Origin: Candidatus Falkowbacteria bacterium
GTDB taxonomy: Bacteria > Patescibacteriota > Patescibacteriia > Patescibacteriales > UBA12465
Assembly (NCBI GenBank): GCA_037132255.1
Contig: JBAXPN010000002.1
Coordinates: forward strand, 76,433 to 140,432
Reading direction: 5' to 3'
DNA: 64,000 nucleotides
This document shows positions 50,201 through 58,358 of this stretch, piece by piece. A program made the position numbers and the translations under genes. The notes beneath the pieces are model-generated. The model did not search any database and had not been told where the DNA came from. It was given only the letters and a program-made list of their open reading frames with translations. Position 1 is the stretch's first letter; every line of letters begins with the position of its first letter.

Positions 50201-50561
50201 GACAGCTTAAAATCATTTGGTCGAGATCACTCTCTTTCTCAATCGCTTCCGGCGCATTGGCTTTGTTTTTAGCTGCTTCTGAATTATTTAAACAGAGAGA
50301 TACTTCGGCCATACCAAGTTGACCCTTTTTATCAGAGCCGGAAAAAATTACGTCTTCACTTTTTTTGCCACGGATGGTTTTAAGGCTTTGTTCTCCTAGC
50401 GCCCAGCGAATTGAGTCGGCGACATTAGACTTGCCGGAGCCGTTTGGGCCGACAATTGCAGTTAAGCCTCTTTTTTGTCCGTCTAGAAGACCCGAGAAGA
50501 TTAATTTATTTTTATTTGCGAAGGATTTAAAGCCTTGGATTTCCAATCTTTCTAAATACAT
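47283..50561 (-). CDS. smc: SMC-family chromosome segregation ATPase (no recognisable hinge)
   Basis: N-head FKSFANK..IVGPNGSGKSNVADSIRWALGE and C-head LSGGERALTAIALI..FVVLDEADAALD. The roughly 800 aa between them read as uninterrupted coiled coil. Confidence 0.8.
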   Translation of the reverse strand: MYLERLEIQGFKSFANKNKLIFSGLLDGQKRGLTAIVGPNGSGKSNVADSIRWALGEQSLKTIRGKKSEDVIFSGSDKKGQLGMAEVSLCLNNSEAAKNKANAPEAIEKESDLDQMILSCPEIVITRRIYRSGESEYLLNNNRVRLADIQMLLAKANFGQKTYSVIGQGMVENFLNTSAAERKDFFDEATGVKQFQIKRDSALNKLESSYENLQQVEMLLAEIRPRLKSLTRQVEKLKRRDEISNDLHYVQLNYYGFLWQDINQKLSKANNHFLDLEKNKIDQEKKLEKLNEDLNKIRNTNNFQEINDLQPRLKEFENQRNQLQKQLAKLQAELEIQLESQGQFDVSWLNNKQGELNAELENISAEIISLDNTNAVKEEDSLRSELNIVNQEIEKVNNTRRQIDKIETEKTIYFKQVSKLEAVLEANLEVQGQFDVSWLNNKNEELAAELTKLKKEISALKSENNRDQERSSEQKLSAIQNDLNRLNKELDTLNRDLKKSGQNEGQNEAISKLIDEFLKQLEAIESETDLNKIKKLIAEAKNDFQKKITKLISGLDDDKLNQIKEIQTEIISLTESKQNTQENLSTERLRLSMLNERLRLLEEKELQLIRELNDIKAKLEKAQVKFDASQLESEKKELNNKILLLEKEQANLKANSYLNDWFDKRQSLSNKITDCRLKASALNERLRLLQAKKIQLEKEISDIKIKIAKSQVKFDASGIEAEKKNISERLESLNTEIKSLETRLAEFNAAQEKEKSQMFEYQRAIQTLQQEVNSILAELNNLKVEATRQETKLEDLEANIRNDELNIGDIKNHKLNDQTIEIERWQKSITNNKIQLEQIGGIDPETEKEFSDTKERHDFLSAQTEDLHKAIKSLEEIIYELDLNIKGRFDQEFKVISEKFNEYFKILFNGGAAKISKIMLEDLEKEEKNNQNTSGNGNGNGAANLTAGLTPAETEIKNETDERLKRIKFLRKHNAVGLAGIEIQAIPPGKKIQAVSMLSGGERALTAIALISAIISANPSPFVVLDEADAALDEANSERLAKILDDLSNKTQFIVITHNRASMRRASILYGVTMESDGVSKLLSVKLDDLKK

Positions 50562-50639
50562 AAGCGCTCTTTTTGATTTAAACTATTTCCTATATAATAC
50601 TATAATAATGGATATAGTCTAAAATGACAAATAAAAAAT

Positions 50640-51209
50640 ATGATAATTTCGCTAAGCGGAGGACCAGGTTCGGGGAAAAGCACAATCGCTCAAATGTTGG
50701 CAGATAAATTTGGTTGGCCGCGTTATTATATGGGTGGATTAAGGCGTGAAGCGGCCAAAAAAAGAGGCCTGACTCTTGCGGAATATAATGCTCTCGGAGA
50801 GACAGACCCTCAGACTGACCAAGAAGTTGACTATTATCAAAGAGATTTGGGAAAAAGAGACGATAATTTTATTATTGAAGGGAGGACATCCTGGTATTTT
50901 ATACCCCATTCTCTAAAGATTTACCTCGATGTTAGCTTAGAGGTTGGCGCGAAGCGTATTTTTGGCAATCTACAGCTAAAAAATGACCGTAACGAGGATG
51001 ATAACCTAAATACCTGGCAAGACGTCTTAGAGAGCAATAAACAGCGTCTAGAGAGCGATCGGCTTCGTTATCGCCAATATTACGATATTGACGTTTACGA
51101 CCAAAACAACTATGATTTCTATCTAGACAGCTCGAATTTAAGCTCAGCCGAGGTTTTTCAAGCGGTTTACGATTTTGTTCAAGCCAGCCTTGACAAGAGG
51201 AAAAATTAA
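50640..51209 (+). CDS. P-loop nucleotide kinase (cytidylate kinase-like)
   Basis: IISLSGGPGSGKSTIAQMLA with a small LID-like region. Confidence 0.55.
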   Translation: MIISLSGGPGSGKSTIAQMLADKFGWPRYYMGGLRREAAKKRGLTLAEYNALGETDPQTDQEVDYYQRDLGKRDDNFIIEGRTSWYFIPHSLKIYLDVSLEVGAKRIFGNLQLKNDRNEDDNLNTWQDVLESNKQRLESDRLRYRQYYDIDVYDQNNYDFYLDSSNLSSAEVFQAVYDFVQASLDKRKN

Positions 51210-51294
51210 TTATAATATTAGACAAGATTTGCCTTATTAAATAAGTATTTCGAAACGAGATCTAACCAGTCTCTTTTATATAATTTTTAAATAT

Positions 51295-51621
51295 ATGGTT
51301 GAAACCAAATTAGAATTAAAACCAGGAATGACTGTCAGAGTCTACCAAAAGATCAAAGAATTAAATTCCAAAGGCGAAGAAAAAGAGAGAGTTCAATACT
51401 TTGAAGGAATGATTATTGCTCGTAAGCATAATAAAGAAGCCGGTGCGACTATTACAGTTCGTAAAGTTTCTGATGGCATTGGTGTAGAAAAAATATTTCC
51501 GTTGAATTTACCGACAATCACTAAAATTGAAATTAAGAAGGTTGCAGAAGTAAGACGAGCGAAACTATATTATCTACGTGAAGGTTATAAGAAAAAGTTA
51601 AAAGAAAAGGTCGTCAAATAG
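51295..51621 (+). CDS. rplS: 50S ribosomal protein L19
   Basis: [34 protein letters not shown]...[13 protein letters not shown]. Confidence 0.9.
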   Translation: MVETKLELKPGMTVRVYQKIKELNSKGEEKERVQYFEGMIIARKHNKEAGATITVRKVSDGIGVEKIFPLNLPTITKIEIKKVAEVRRAKLYYLREGYKKKLKEKVVK

Positions 51622-51639
51622 ACGACTTTTTCCGGTTTC

Positions 51640-51723
51640 GGGCGGATGGTGAAATTGGTAGACACGCAAGCTTGAGGGGCTTGTGGCCGCAAGGCTGTGG
51701 AGGTTCAAATCCTCTTTCGCCCA
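51640..51723 (+). tRNA. tRNA-Leu (GAG)
   Basis: Long variable arm, anticodon loop TTGAGGG, T-arm GGAGGttcaaatCCTCT. Confidence 0.9.
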
Positions 51724-51749
51724 CTACCATTTAAAATCCCGAAATGTTC

Positions 51750-51823
51750 GGGCGCATAGCTCAGCTGGTTAGAGCACTTCGTTTACACCGAAGGGGTCCA
51801 GGGTTCGAATCCTTGTGCGCCCA
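51750..51823 (+). tRNA. tRNA-Val (TAC)
   Basis: GGGCGCATAGCTCAGCTGG, anticodon loop TTTACAC. Confidence 0.9.
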
Positions 51824-51830
51824 CATAAAT

Positions 51831-51856
51831 AAAAAATCCCCGTTTGGGGGTTTTTT
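51831..51856 (+). terminator. intrinsic terminator after the tRNA pair
   Basis: aaaaaaTCCCCgtttGGGGGtttttt. Confidence 0.7.
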
Positions 51857-51896
51857 ATTACTTTATCTTTTAAAAAAAATCAGATAAACTAAAATC

Positions 51897-52325
51897 ATGG
51901 AAAAGATAGTAACAAAAAATGAAAAAGAAACTCAGGCTCTCGGTTATGAATTAGGTAGCCAGCTTAAGGGCGGAGAGGTTTTGGCTTTATGTGGTGATCT
52001 CGGCGCCGGCAAGACTAAATTCTTGCAGGGTTTGGCTAAGGGGCTAGGAATCAAGGGGCGAGTGAATAGCCCGACATTCAATATTTTGAAATTATATAAA
52101 ATAAACGGAAATAAAAACGTTAAATCCTTTTGTCATATTGATGCTTATCGCCTACATTCAGAGAAAGATTTAATCAGTCTTGGTGTTGAAGAATTTTTTA
52201 AAGATAATAAAACAGTCACTGCAATTGAATGGGCTGGAAAGGTAAAGAAAATTTGGCCGAAAGATATTATTAGTATTGAGCTCGTTCATGTCGGTGAGAA
52301 TAGCCGCGAAATTAGAGTTAAATAA
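51897..52325 (+). CDS. tsaE: tRNA t6A37 biosynthesis ATPase TsaE
   Basis: LALCGDLGAGKTKFLQGLAKGLGI..VNSPTFNI..HIDAYR. Confidence 0.85.
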   Translation: MEKIVTKNEKETQALGYELGSQLKGGEVLALCGDLGAGKTKFLQGLAKGLGIKGRVNSPTFNILKLYKINGNKNVKSFCHIDAYRLHSEKDLISLGVEEFFKDNKTVTAIEWAGKVKKIWPKDIISIELVHVGENSREIRVK

Positions 52326-52379
52326 GAATTTAATTAATTTTATTATTTATTAAAAGAAGCGAAGTAAATTTATAAATAT

Positions 52380-53138
52380 ATGGAACACAAATCTCCTTTT
52401 AATTTTTTTCGTGATCAATATAAAAATCCAGACCTTTATCCGCCGGACCCCGTAGAACAAAGAGAAATTAAAGAAATGATCAAAAAGGAAAACGCTGAGC
52501 TAGATTCTAAGAATATACCACGACGAGAACTGGAGACCTCGGAAGTATACGGGCCAACAGGCGAGGCTTATAAAAAAACTGTTAATATTATTAAACAAGC
52601 GGGGTTAAAACCGGAGTTTATTAATAATATCGCTGAAGGAGAGATAATTGAAAAAAGAAAAGCGACAATCATTAATTATCTATCACGTATTCTCGAAGAT
52701 GCGAAAAATTATTTATCTCAGGTTAATTATCTACAAATTCAGAAAGCGGCTGATTATGAGGACTTTGAAAAATATCAGGAAGTTGTTGGTGAGTCTGATC
52801 AATTAAGACGAAGCTTTCACAATAAACTGATACAAGACATAAAGATTGCCCATCGTTTAATTAATACAAATTTTAACGCCGATTTTCCTGAAGAAATGCG
52901 CTTATCGGAAGAAGCAAAAATGGCGGACCGCCAGGGACTAAAATCGGAAGAATTAAAAGAATTAATGAACGAACGCCAATATTATAATTTTCCTTTTTCC
53001 GCTGGCATCTTCTTTAATCTTAGTCAAACACCGAAAGATCCTCAAGTTGAAAGAGAATATTATGGCCATTGGGCTCTACAAATATATTCTGATCTTAGTG
53101 CTCTAGAAAATGAAATTAGAAACGATATAAAAAAGTAA
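52380..53138 (+). CDS. hypothetical protein
   Basis: 252-aa ORF, soluble and helical by composition, with no recognised motif. Confidence 0.45.
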   Translation: MEHKSPFNFFRDQYKNPDLYPPDPVEQREIKEMIKKENAELDSKNIPRRELETSEVYGPTGEAYKKTVNIIKQAGLKPEFINNIAEGEIIEKRKATIINYLSRILEDAKNYLSQVNYLQIQKAADYEDFEKYQEVVGESDQLRRSFHNKLIQDIKIAHRLINTNFNADFPEEMRLSEEAKMADRQGLKSEELKELMNERQYYNFPFSAGIFFNLSQTPKDPQVEREYYGHWALQIYSDLSALENEIRNDIKK

Positions 53139-53168
53139 CATTTGGATATTGAAAACCCCTTATTTCCA

Positions 53169-53471
53169 TTATGGATTTAAGGGGTTTTTTAGTTCTTTCC
53201 GCGCAAGTGTAAGTATTATTTCTCGGGCAAAGGAATATATTGCTTCATCGGATACCGAAGAAAGATGTATTTTATCCCTATGAGACAAGGCGACTGATTT
53301 GATCACTTGACGGACGTCATCGGTCGATACTTTTTTTGCGCGTGAGTGACTGGCATGTTTGTGGCCAACGATTGAGTCGCCAGCAGCATCAAACCTAGTG
53401 TTAGTTAGCGCTTGAGCAACCAAGATTAATTCTTTCATTTTGAAAGGATTCGAGACGATTTTTTTTATCAT
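53169..53471 (-). CDS. hypothetical protein
   Basis: 100-aa ORF 3 nt downstream of lspA on the same strand. Confidence 0.4.
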   Translation of the reverse strand: MIKKIVSNPFKMKELILVAQALTNTRFDAAGDSIVGHKHASHSRAKKVSTDDVRQVIKSVALSHRDKIHLSSVSDEAIYSFAREIILTLARKELKNPLNP

Positions 53472-53474
53472 GTT

Positions 53475-53954
53475 TCAGAGTTTTTTGAGTGGAACAATGG
53501 AGTTTAATAGAAAAAAAATAGCGCCCAATGAAATCATGGCGTCAGCTAAATTAAATACCGTGAAGTAACGGAGTTCGAAATAGTCTATTACATAGCCGCA
53601 ACTTATGCGATCTAGTATATTACTTATAGCACCAAATAATATAATTGTCAAGAGTATGATTGAAGATTTAGGCTTATAATCATTTAATATTAGGTAAAAT
53701 ATTAGATAAATTAGGCCAAAAATAACAGCAATAATTATGGAATTCAAAACAAGGCCGCTAAAAGGCAAAGAAAAGGCCATATAGTAGTTTGGCGTAAAGT
53801 TAAAGGAGAAAAAATTGCCGATTAGCTTGACTGGCGGCTGAAGATTTTGGTTTAAAGCTAATAATTTTAAGTAACGATCGACAATAAAAAATATAGCTAT
53901 AAGTAAAATAATAGCTATATTTTTGAGGGATATTCTAAAAATATTTTTATTCAT
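53475..53954 (-). CDS. lspA: lipoprotein signal peptidase II
   Basis: NILDRISCGYVIDYF and FNLADAMISLG (the two catalytic Asp regions) with four TM helices. Confidence 0.85.
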   Translation of the reverse strand: MNKNIFRISLKNIAIILLIAIFFIVDRYLKLLALNQNLQPPVKLIGNFFSFNFTPNYYMAFSLPFSGLVLNSIIIAVIFGLIYLIFYLILNDYKPKSSIILLTIILFGAISNILDRISCGYVIDYFELRYFTVFNLADAMISLGAIFFLLNSIVPLKKL

Positions 53955-54330
53955 TTTCTTGCAACTCGGTTTTGCAACTAATACAAGAACTGGCTGTCGG
54001 ACGAGCTAAAAGACGTTTTTCGGCAATCGCATTACCGCAATATTTACATACTCCGTATGTACCTTTTTTAATTCTGTCTAAAGATTTTTCAGTATCTTCT
54101 AGACTTTTTTCTAAAACTTTTTCGGTGACAATATTGGTTGAATAGTCAGTTATTTCCTGAGCGTTTTCATCGGGCTTGTCGCCGTATTCCGGGAATTTAG
54201 TGCTCGTATTATCAGCCTCGTGGCTATCCTTACGAGATATTTCACTTAATTCATGAAGAATTTGTTTTTTTTGCGCCAAAAGAGTTTTTTCAATTTCAGC
54301 GATTGTTGTCTTGTTGATTACATTTTCCAT
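53947..54330 (-). CDS. DksA/TraR-family C4 zinc-finger protein
   Basis: Coiled-coil N-terminus and CKYCGNAI..x17..CISC. Overlaps the lspA start by 8 nt. Confidence 0.7.
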   Translation of the reverse strand: MENVINKTTIAEIEKTLLAQKKQILHELSEISRKDSHEADNTSTKFPEYGDKPDENAQEITDYSTNIVTEKVLEKSLEDTEKSLDRIKKGTYGVCKYCGNAIAEKRLLARPTASSCISCKTELQENE

Positions 54331-54427
54331 ATTTTCGTAGATTAAAAAACTATATAATTACTAGTTTTTTGTATCTAAATTATAACTTACGGGTTATTTT
54401 TTGGCAAGTTTAGGAGCTTTTTTGGCT

Positions 54428-54456
54428 TTGACAAGAAAAATTGTTTCTGCTATGAT
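54428..54456 (+). promoter_or_regulatory. promoter (TTGACA-17-TATGAT) for tRNA-Asp
   Basis: TTGACAagaaaaattgtttctgcTATGAT. Confidence 0.55.
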
Positions 54457-54511
54457 TTTTTTGTGGCTAGAAAAGTAATTAGCCATTTTTTAGAGTAAAA
54501 AGTAGGTATGT

Positions 54512-54528
54512 GGAGTGGTAGCTCAGTT
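54512..54528 (+). repeat. 17-nt duplicate of the tRNA-Asp 5' end (tRNA fragment)
   Basis: GGAGTGGTAGCTCAGTT is identical to 54556-54572. The following sequence has no anticodon or T arm. Confidence 0.8.
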
Positions 54529-54555
54529 CTTGGAACTTAAGGACTGCTACAAATT

Positions 54556-54632
54556 GGAGTGGTAGCTCAGTTGGTTAGAGCGTCTGCCTGTCACGCAGAA
54601 GGTCGCGGGTTCGACCCCCGTCCATTCCGCCA
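54556..54632 (+). tRNA. tRNA-Asp (GTC), CCA encoded
   Basis: Anticodon loop CTGTCAC, T-arm GCGGGttcgaccCCCGT, 3' GCCA. Confidence 0.92.
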
Positions 54633-54634
54633 AT

Positions 54635-54663
54635 AAAACAACCTCAATTTAGGGGTTGTTTTT
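54635..54663 (+). terminator. intrinsic terminator of tRNA-Asp
   Basis: aaaaCAACCTCaatttaGGGGTTGttttt. Confidence 0.7.
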
Positions 54664-54670
54664 ATATTTA

Positions 54671-54972
54671 AAAACCCTGAACGATATTTGTTCAGGGTAG
54701 TCGATTAGACACGCGGTGCGCCCAAAGCTTCGGTACAATTATTTCCCCACGGATGACTGAGCACAGAAAAGCGCTGGCATAAAATGTAAACAATAATTGA
54801 TTCGTGGACCTTAGCTGTTGGTCTGGGTAAGGACTTATAAAATGAACATTCATTAACAGTATCCCCCTTCTCGTTTTTAGAGGCTACAACCGTTTAACGG
54901 GTGGTCTGTTAAATCGATTTTCTGCTTTTAATGCGTAGCATTTAAAACTTCTAATCATTCATTATTATAGCA
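54671..54972 (-). other. orphan minus-strand transcription unit: unknown sRNA or 53-aa small ORF (54692..54853)
   Basis: Extended -10 TGCTATAAT (54964-54972, minus strand); relatively GC-rich body; terminator CCCTGAACaaatatcGTTCAGGGtttt (54671-54697). Inside is an SD-like AAGGGGG 9 nt before an ATG that opens 53 codons. Confidence 0.4.
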
Positions 54973-55001
54973 TATTTAAACGAATTCTGGAAATAAATAC
55001 G

Positions 55002-55030
55002 TTGAAATTTGTGTCTCATTGGGGTATAAT
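55002..55030 (+). promoter_or_regulatory. promoter (TTGAAA-17-TATAAT)
   Basis: TTGAAAtttgtgtctcattggggTATAAT, 43 nt upstream of 55073. Confidence 0.55.
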
Positions 55031-55072
55031 TTATTTACGTAACAATTCACATATTTAATTGTATTAATATTT

Positions 55073-56362
55073 ATGCGTAAAAAATTTGGGACAATCGCTA
55101 TTTTCATTTTAACTTTAATACCGCTTTTGCGTTGGTTTTTTTTGGAACCCCTAAATTATCGTTTTTTTAATTTAGTTGGGACACTTACAAGTCTTGGTCA
55201 AATTGCCGGTATTCTTGGGTTCGCATTATTTTCGATAAATTTAATAATCAGCGCGAGAATCAAATTTCTTGAGCGATTTTTTTATGGACTTAATAATGTT
55301 TATTCAAGTCATCATCAAATTGGCTCCATCGCCTTTTCCCTCATTTTATTTCACCCCCTACTTCTTCTCGTTAGTTACTTGTCAGTATCTCTGAAACAAG
55401 GCATGGATTTTTTAACTCCATTTAAGAATATCCCAATTACCTATGGAATATTCTCGTTGCTTCTAATGGTGCTCTTAATGGTTTTAACTTTTTATGTAAA
55501 GATAAAATATAATCGCTGGAAGTTTTCCCATAAGTTTATGGTTGTTGCTTTCGTATTGGCGCTTTTGCACGCGATGTTTATTTCTAGTGATATTTCTCGA
55601 GATTATTTCCTAAGAGTATATTTAATTATTTTGGCTTTTCTCGGTCTTGGAGCCGGAGCCTATCAAGCCTTCGTTAGTAAACTATTAAATAGCCATGTTA
55701 TCTATAATTTAAAACATGTAAACATTCTTAATTCTCAAGTTGTGGAACTGGAATTAATTCCAAAAAACAGAAAGATTAAATTTTCTCCCGGTCAATTTGT
55801 GTTTATTAGATTTTTATCTGGTAGTATCGGATCAGAATCTCATCCTTTTTCAATCTCGTCCTCGAACACTGGGGATAATTTACAGGTAGTTATAAAATCT
55901 TTAGGGGATTTCACAGATAAGTTAAAAAATCTTGAACCGGGAATACCGGTATCGATTGAAGGCCCTTATGGAAAGTTTTCCCATCACAATATCGTAAATA
56001 AGAATCAGGTTTGGATCGCCGGTGGAGTCGGTATAACGCCTTTTGTGAGTATGGCAAGAAGCTTAAATGAAGAGGGATATTCGATTGATTTATATTATTG
56101 CGTTAACCGCGCCGAAGAAGCAGTTCTTTTAAATGAGTTAAAAGAATTAGAACTAAATAAAAAGATTCGGCTTATTCCTTGGTATTCTTCAGAGAAAGGA
56201 TATTTGAGCGCTGAGAAAATTGCTGAATTAAGCCCAGGACTAGAAAATAAAGACATTTTGCTTTGTGGTCCGGCGCCATTTATGTTTGGTTTAAAAAAAC
56301 AATTAGTTGCCTTAAATATAAAAAGTAAGAATATTCATTTTGAGAATTTTAAACTTCTATGA
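55073..56362 (+). CDS. NOX/ferric-reductase-type transmembrane flavocytochrome (6 TM + FAD + NAD(P)H domains)
   Basis: Bis-heme His pairs H-x13-H (HHQIGSIAFSLILFH) and H-x12-H (HKFMVVAFVLALLH), the FAD motif HPFSISS, the NAD(P)H motif IAGGVGITPF, and C-terminal LLCGP. Confidence 0.8.
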   Translation: MRKKFGTIAIFILTLIPLLRWFFLEPLNYRFFNLVGTLTSLGQIAGILGFALFSINLIISARIKFLERFFYGLNNVYSSHHQIGSIAFSLILFHPLLLLVSYLSVSLKQGMDFLTPFKNIPITYGIFSLLLMVLLMVLTFYVKIKYNRWKFSHKFMVVAFVLALLHAMFISSDISRDYFLRVYLIILAFLGLGAGAYQAFVSKLLNSHVIYNLKHVNILNSQVVELELIPKNRKIKFSPGQFVFIRFLSGSIGSESHPFSISSSNTGDNLQVVIKSLGDFTDKLKNLEPGIPVSIEGPYGKFSHHNIVNKNQVWIAGGVGITPFVSMARSLNEEGYSIDLYYCVNRAEEAVLLNELKELELNKKIRLIPWYSSEKGYLSAEKIAELSPGLENKDILLCGPAPFMFGLKKQLVALNIKSKNIHFENFKLL

Positions 56363-57270
56363 AAAAACTAACAACAATATCTTTATTTATTTTTTGGGCG
56401 GTAGTCGTCGCCGTCTTCGCCTCTGGGCTTGTGTATTATCAGAATAGTAAAACCCAAAACAAAATTAATGCATCTATTTCTGGATATCAAGCAACAGTTG
56501 AAACGACGAGTTCGAGCACACTAGCTGCGCTACGCAACAATGTTACCCAATTATCAGCTACTGAAATCGCAAAGCATAATTCGGCTGGAGATTGTTGGCT
56601 ACTAATTAACAATAAGGTTTATAATGTCACGAGCTTTATTGCTGCTCATCCTGGAGGAGCGGGAACAATTATTCCAAATTGCGGGAAAGAGTCGACTCAG
56701 GCCTATAATACTAAGGGTAGCAACAATTCACATTCTGCAAACGCGAATTCAATGCTGGTCGATTACTATATTGGATATTTAGATCAAATTTTTTCTGATG
56801 CAAAAAATATTCCGAGTGCGAGCGCGACACAAACTAGCCAAAATAATTTAGCGGCATCGAGCCCGAGCACGCCAACAACAAACCAGGCTGCAGCGTCAGT
56901 AACTACTCCGCCAGCCCCTGTAATAGCAGCATCTGTAACTTTAAATATGACGGAAATTGTTAAACATAATAGCAGTAGAGATTGCTGGTTGCTGATAAAT
57001 AACAAAGTTTATAACGTAACAAGTTTCATTGCTGCACATCCTGGAGGTTCCGGAACGATTATTCCAAATTGTGGTAAAGATTCAACTTGGGCCTATAATA
57101 CGAAAGGTGGAAATAGCCCGCACTCGGCGAACGCTAACGCAATGCTTGTTGATTATTTTATCGGCAATTTTAATCAGCAAATAGGTCAGCAACAAATTCA
57201 ACAGAATGTTCAAACGACTAATACGGTAACCCCGCCACAAACACGAGGTGGAGAATTTGAAGATGATTAA
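56359..57270 (+). CDS. membrane-anchored protein with two cytochrome b5-like heme-binding domains
   Basis: N-terminal TM, then two copies of EI.KHNS..DCWLLINNKVYNVTSFIAAHPGG..HS.NAN.ML.DY.IG joined by an S/T/P/A-rich linker. Its ATG overlaps the upstream TGA (ATGA). Confidence 0.8.
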   Translation: MKKLTTISLFIFWAVVVAVFASGLVYYQNSKTQNKINASISGYQATVETTSSSTLAALRNNVTQLSATEIAKHNSAGDCWLLINNKVYNVTSFIAAHPGGAGTIIPNCGKESTQAYNTKGSNNSHSANANSMLVDYYIGYLDQIFSDAKNIPSASATQTSQNNLAASSPSTPTTNQAAASVTTPPAPVIAASVTLNMTEIVKHNSSRDCWLLINNKVYNVTSFIAAHPGGSGTIIPNCGKDSTWAYNTKGGNSPHSANANAMLVDYFIGNFNQQIGQQQIQQNVQTTNTVTPPQTRGGEFEDD

Positions 57271-57300
57271 TTAAAAATTGAAAAAATATTTAGCATAATA

Positions 57301-57330
57301 AAAACACCTTTTTAAACAAAGGTGTTTTTT
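57301..57330 (+). terminator. intrinsic terminator
   Basis: aaaACACCTTTttaaacAAAGGTGTttttt. Confidence 0.75.
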
Positions 57331-57331
57331 G

Positions 57332-57403
57332 TGCCCCCAGAGGGAATCGAACCCCCGCCTTAAGCTCCGGAAGCTCACATTCTATCCATTGAACTATGAG
57401 GGC
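57332..57403 (-). tRNA. tRNA-Arg (CCG)
   Basis: Acceptor GCCCTCA/TGGGGGC, D-arm AGTTCAATGGATAGAAT, anticodon loop TTCCGGA. Confidence 0.88.
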
Positions 57404-57463
57404 GTTATTATTTAAAATTTAATTTAAATTGTAAAAATATCTTATTTCCATCGACTGCGTCTT

Positions 57464-58291
57464 CTATATTACTTTTGATTTATTCCAAATAAAATCAAAC
57501 CAGCTTTTTAACATCACTGCCAAATCATCATTTTCAATCAAGCTGCCGAAGATATCATTGTTTAGAGAGCAAAAGGCAACATAATTATCCCAAATTAATA
57601 TTGTTGATTTAAGCTTGACTAGGCCCTCTGGTCTGAGACGTACCTCTCTGAAATATTTTTTATCATCAATAAAAATTTCTTCGGTCGGACGTTTAATCCC
57701 TGGCCGTAGAGATTTTATATGTAGTTTTTTTGAGGCCCTTCTCAAATGATAATCGATGAGAAACTCTTTACCTAGCTTATCAATTATATCCAATTCAGAA
57801 CCCGCAAAACGCAGCTCTGAATCTGTAGATTGCAGGGATATTCTAATTAATTTTTTGACACTTTCCTTACCGGAAAAATAAGATACTTGAGATTGTCCAG
57901 AAGACTTATAGGAATCGAAGCTGCTTATAAGAGGCAAGATATCGGTTAGGTCTTTTTTTAAAGAGCTTATTTCATTTTCCCGATCGTTAATAATAGAAAT
58001 TAGTTCCTGGGGTTTATTAGCTTTTATTTTTTTTCCGTAGTTTGCTCCCTGGTTAAAGCAAAGCCCGTTATCCTCAAGCTTTCTCACCACATCATATGCA
58101 TTGGTACGAGTTAAGCCACAATTCTTAGCAATGTAACTCGCTGTTTGTGGTCCTGACGACAAAAGAAACAAGTAAACCCGGCTCGCCTTGTCATCCAAGC
58201 CGACTCTACTTAAAAAATCTTTAATTTTATTGGGTATTTCTTGAGACATATCATTGCTGTTGTCGAAAGTCATGCGACATATATACATCAT
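57464..58291 (-). CDS. TrmB-family winged-helix transcriptional regulator
   Basis: LDDKASRVYLFLLSSGPQTASYIAKNCGLTRTNAYDVVRKLEDNGL followed by a TrmB-like C-domain. The start is uncertain within the first 15 codons. Confidence 0.65.
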   Translation of the reverse strand: MMYICRMTFDNSNDMSQEIPNKIKDFLSRVGLDDKASRVYLFLLSSGPQTASYIAKNCGLTRTNAYDVVRKLEDNGLCFNQGANYGKKIKANKPQELISIINDRENEISSLKKDLTDILPLISSFDSYKSSGQSQVSYFSGKESVKKLIRISLQSTDSELRFAGSELDIIDKLGKEFLIDYHLRRASKKLHIKSLRPGIKRPTEEIFIDDKKYFREVRLRPEGLVKLKSTILIWDNYVAFCSLNNDIFGSLIENDDLAVMLKSWFDFIWNKSKVI

Positions 58292-58358
58292 AACAAATTA
58301 TTTCTAAAATGCAAGTATATAAAATATATTTGTACATTAACAAAAAAAAGGAGGAACA

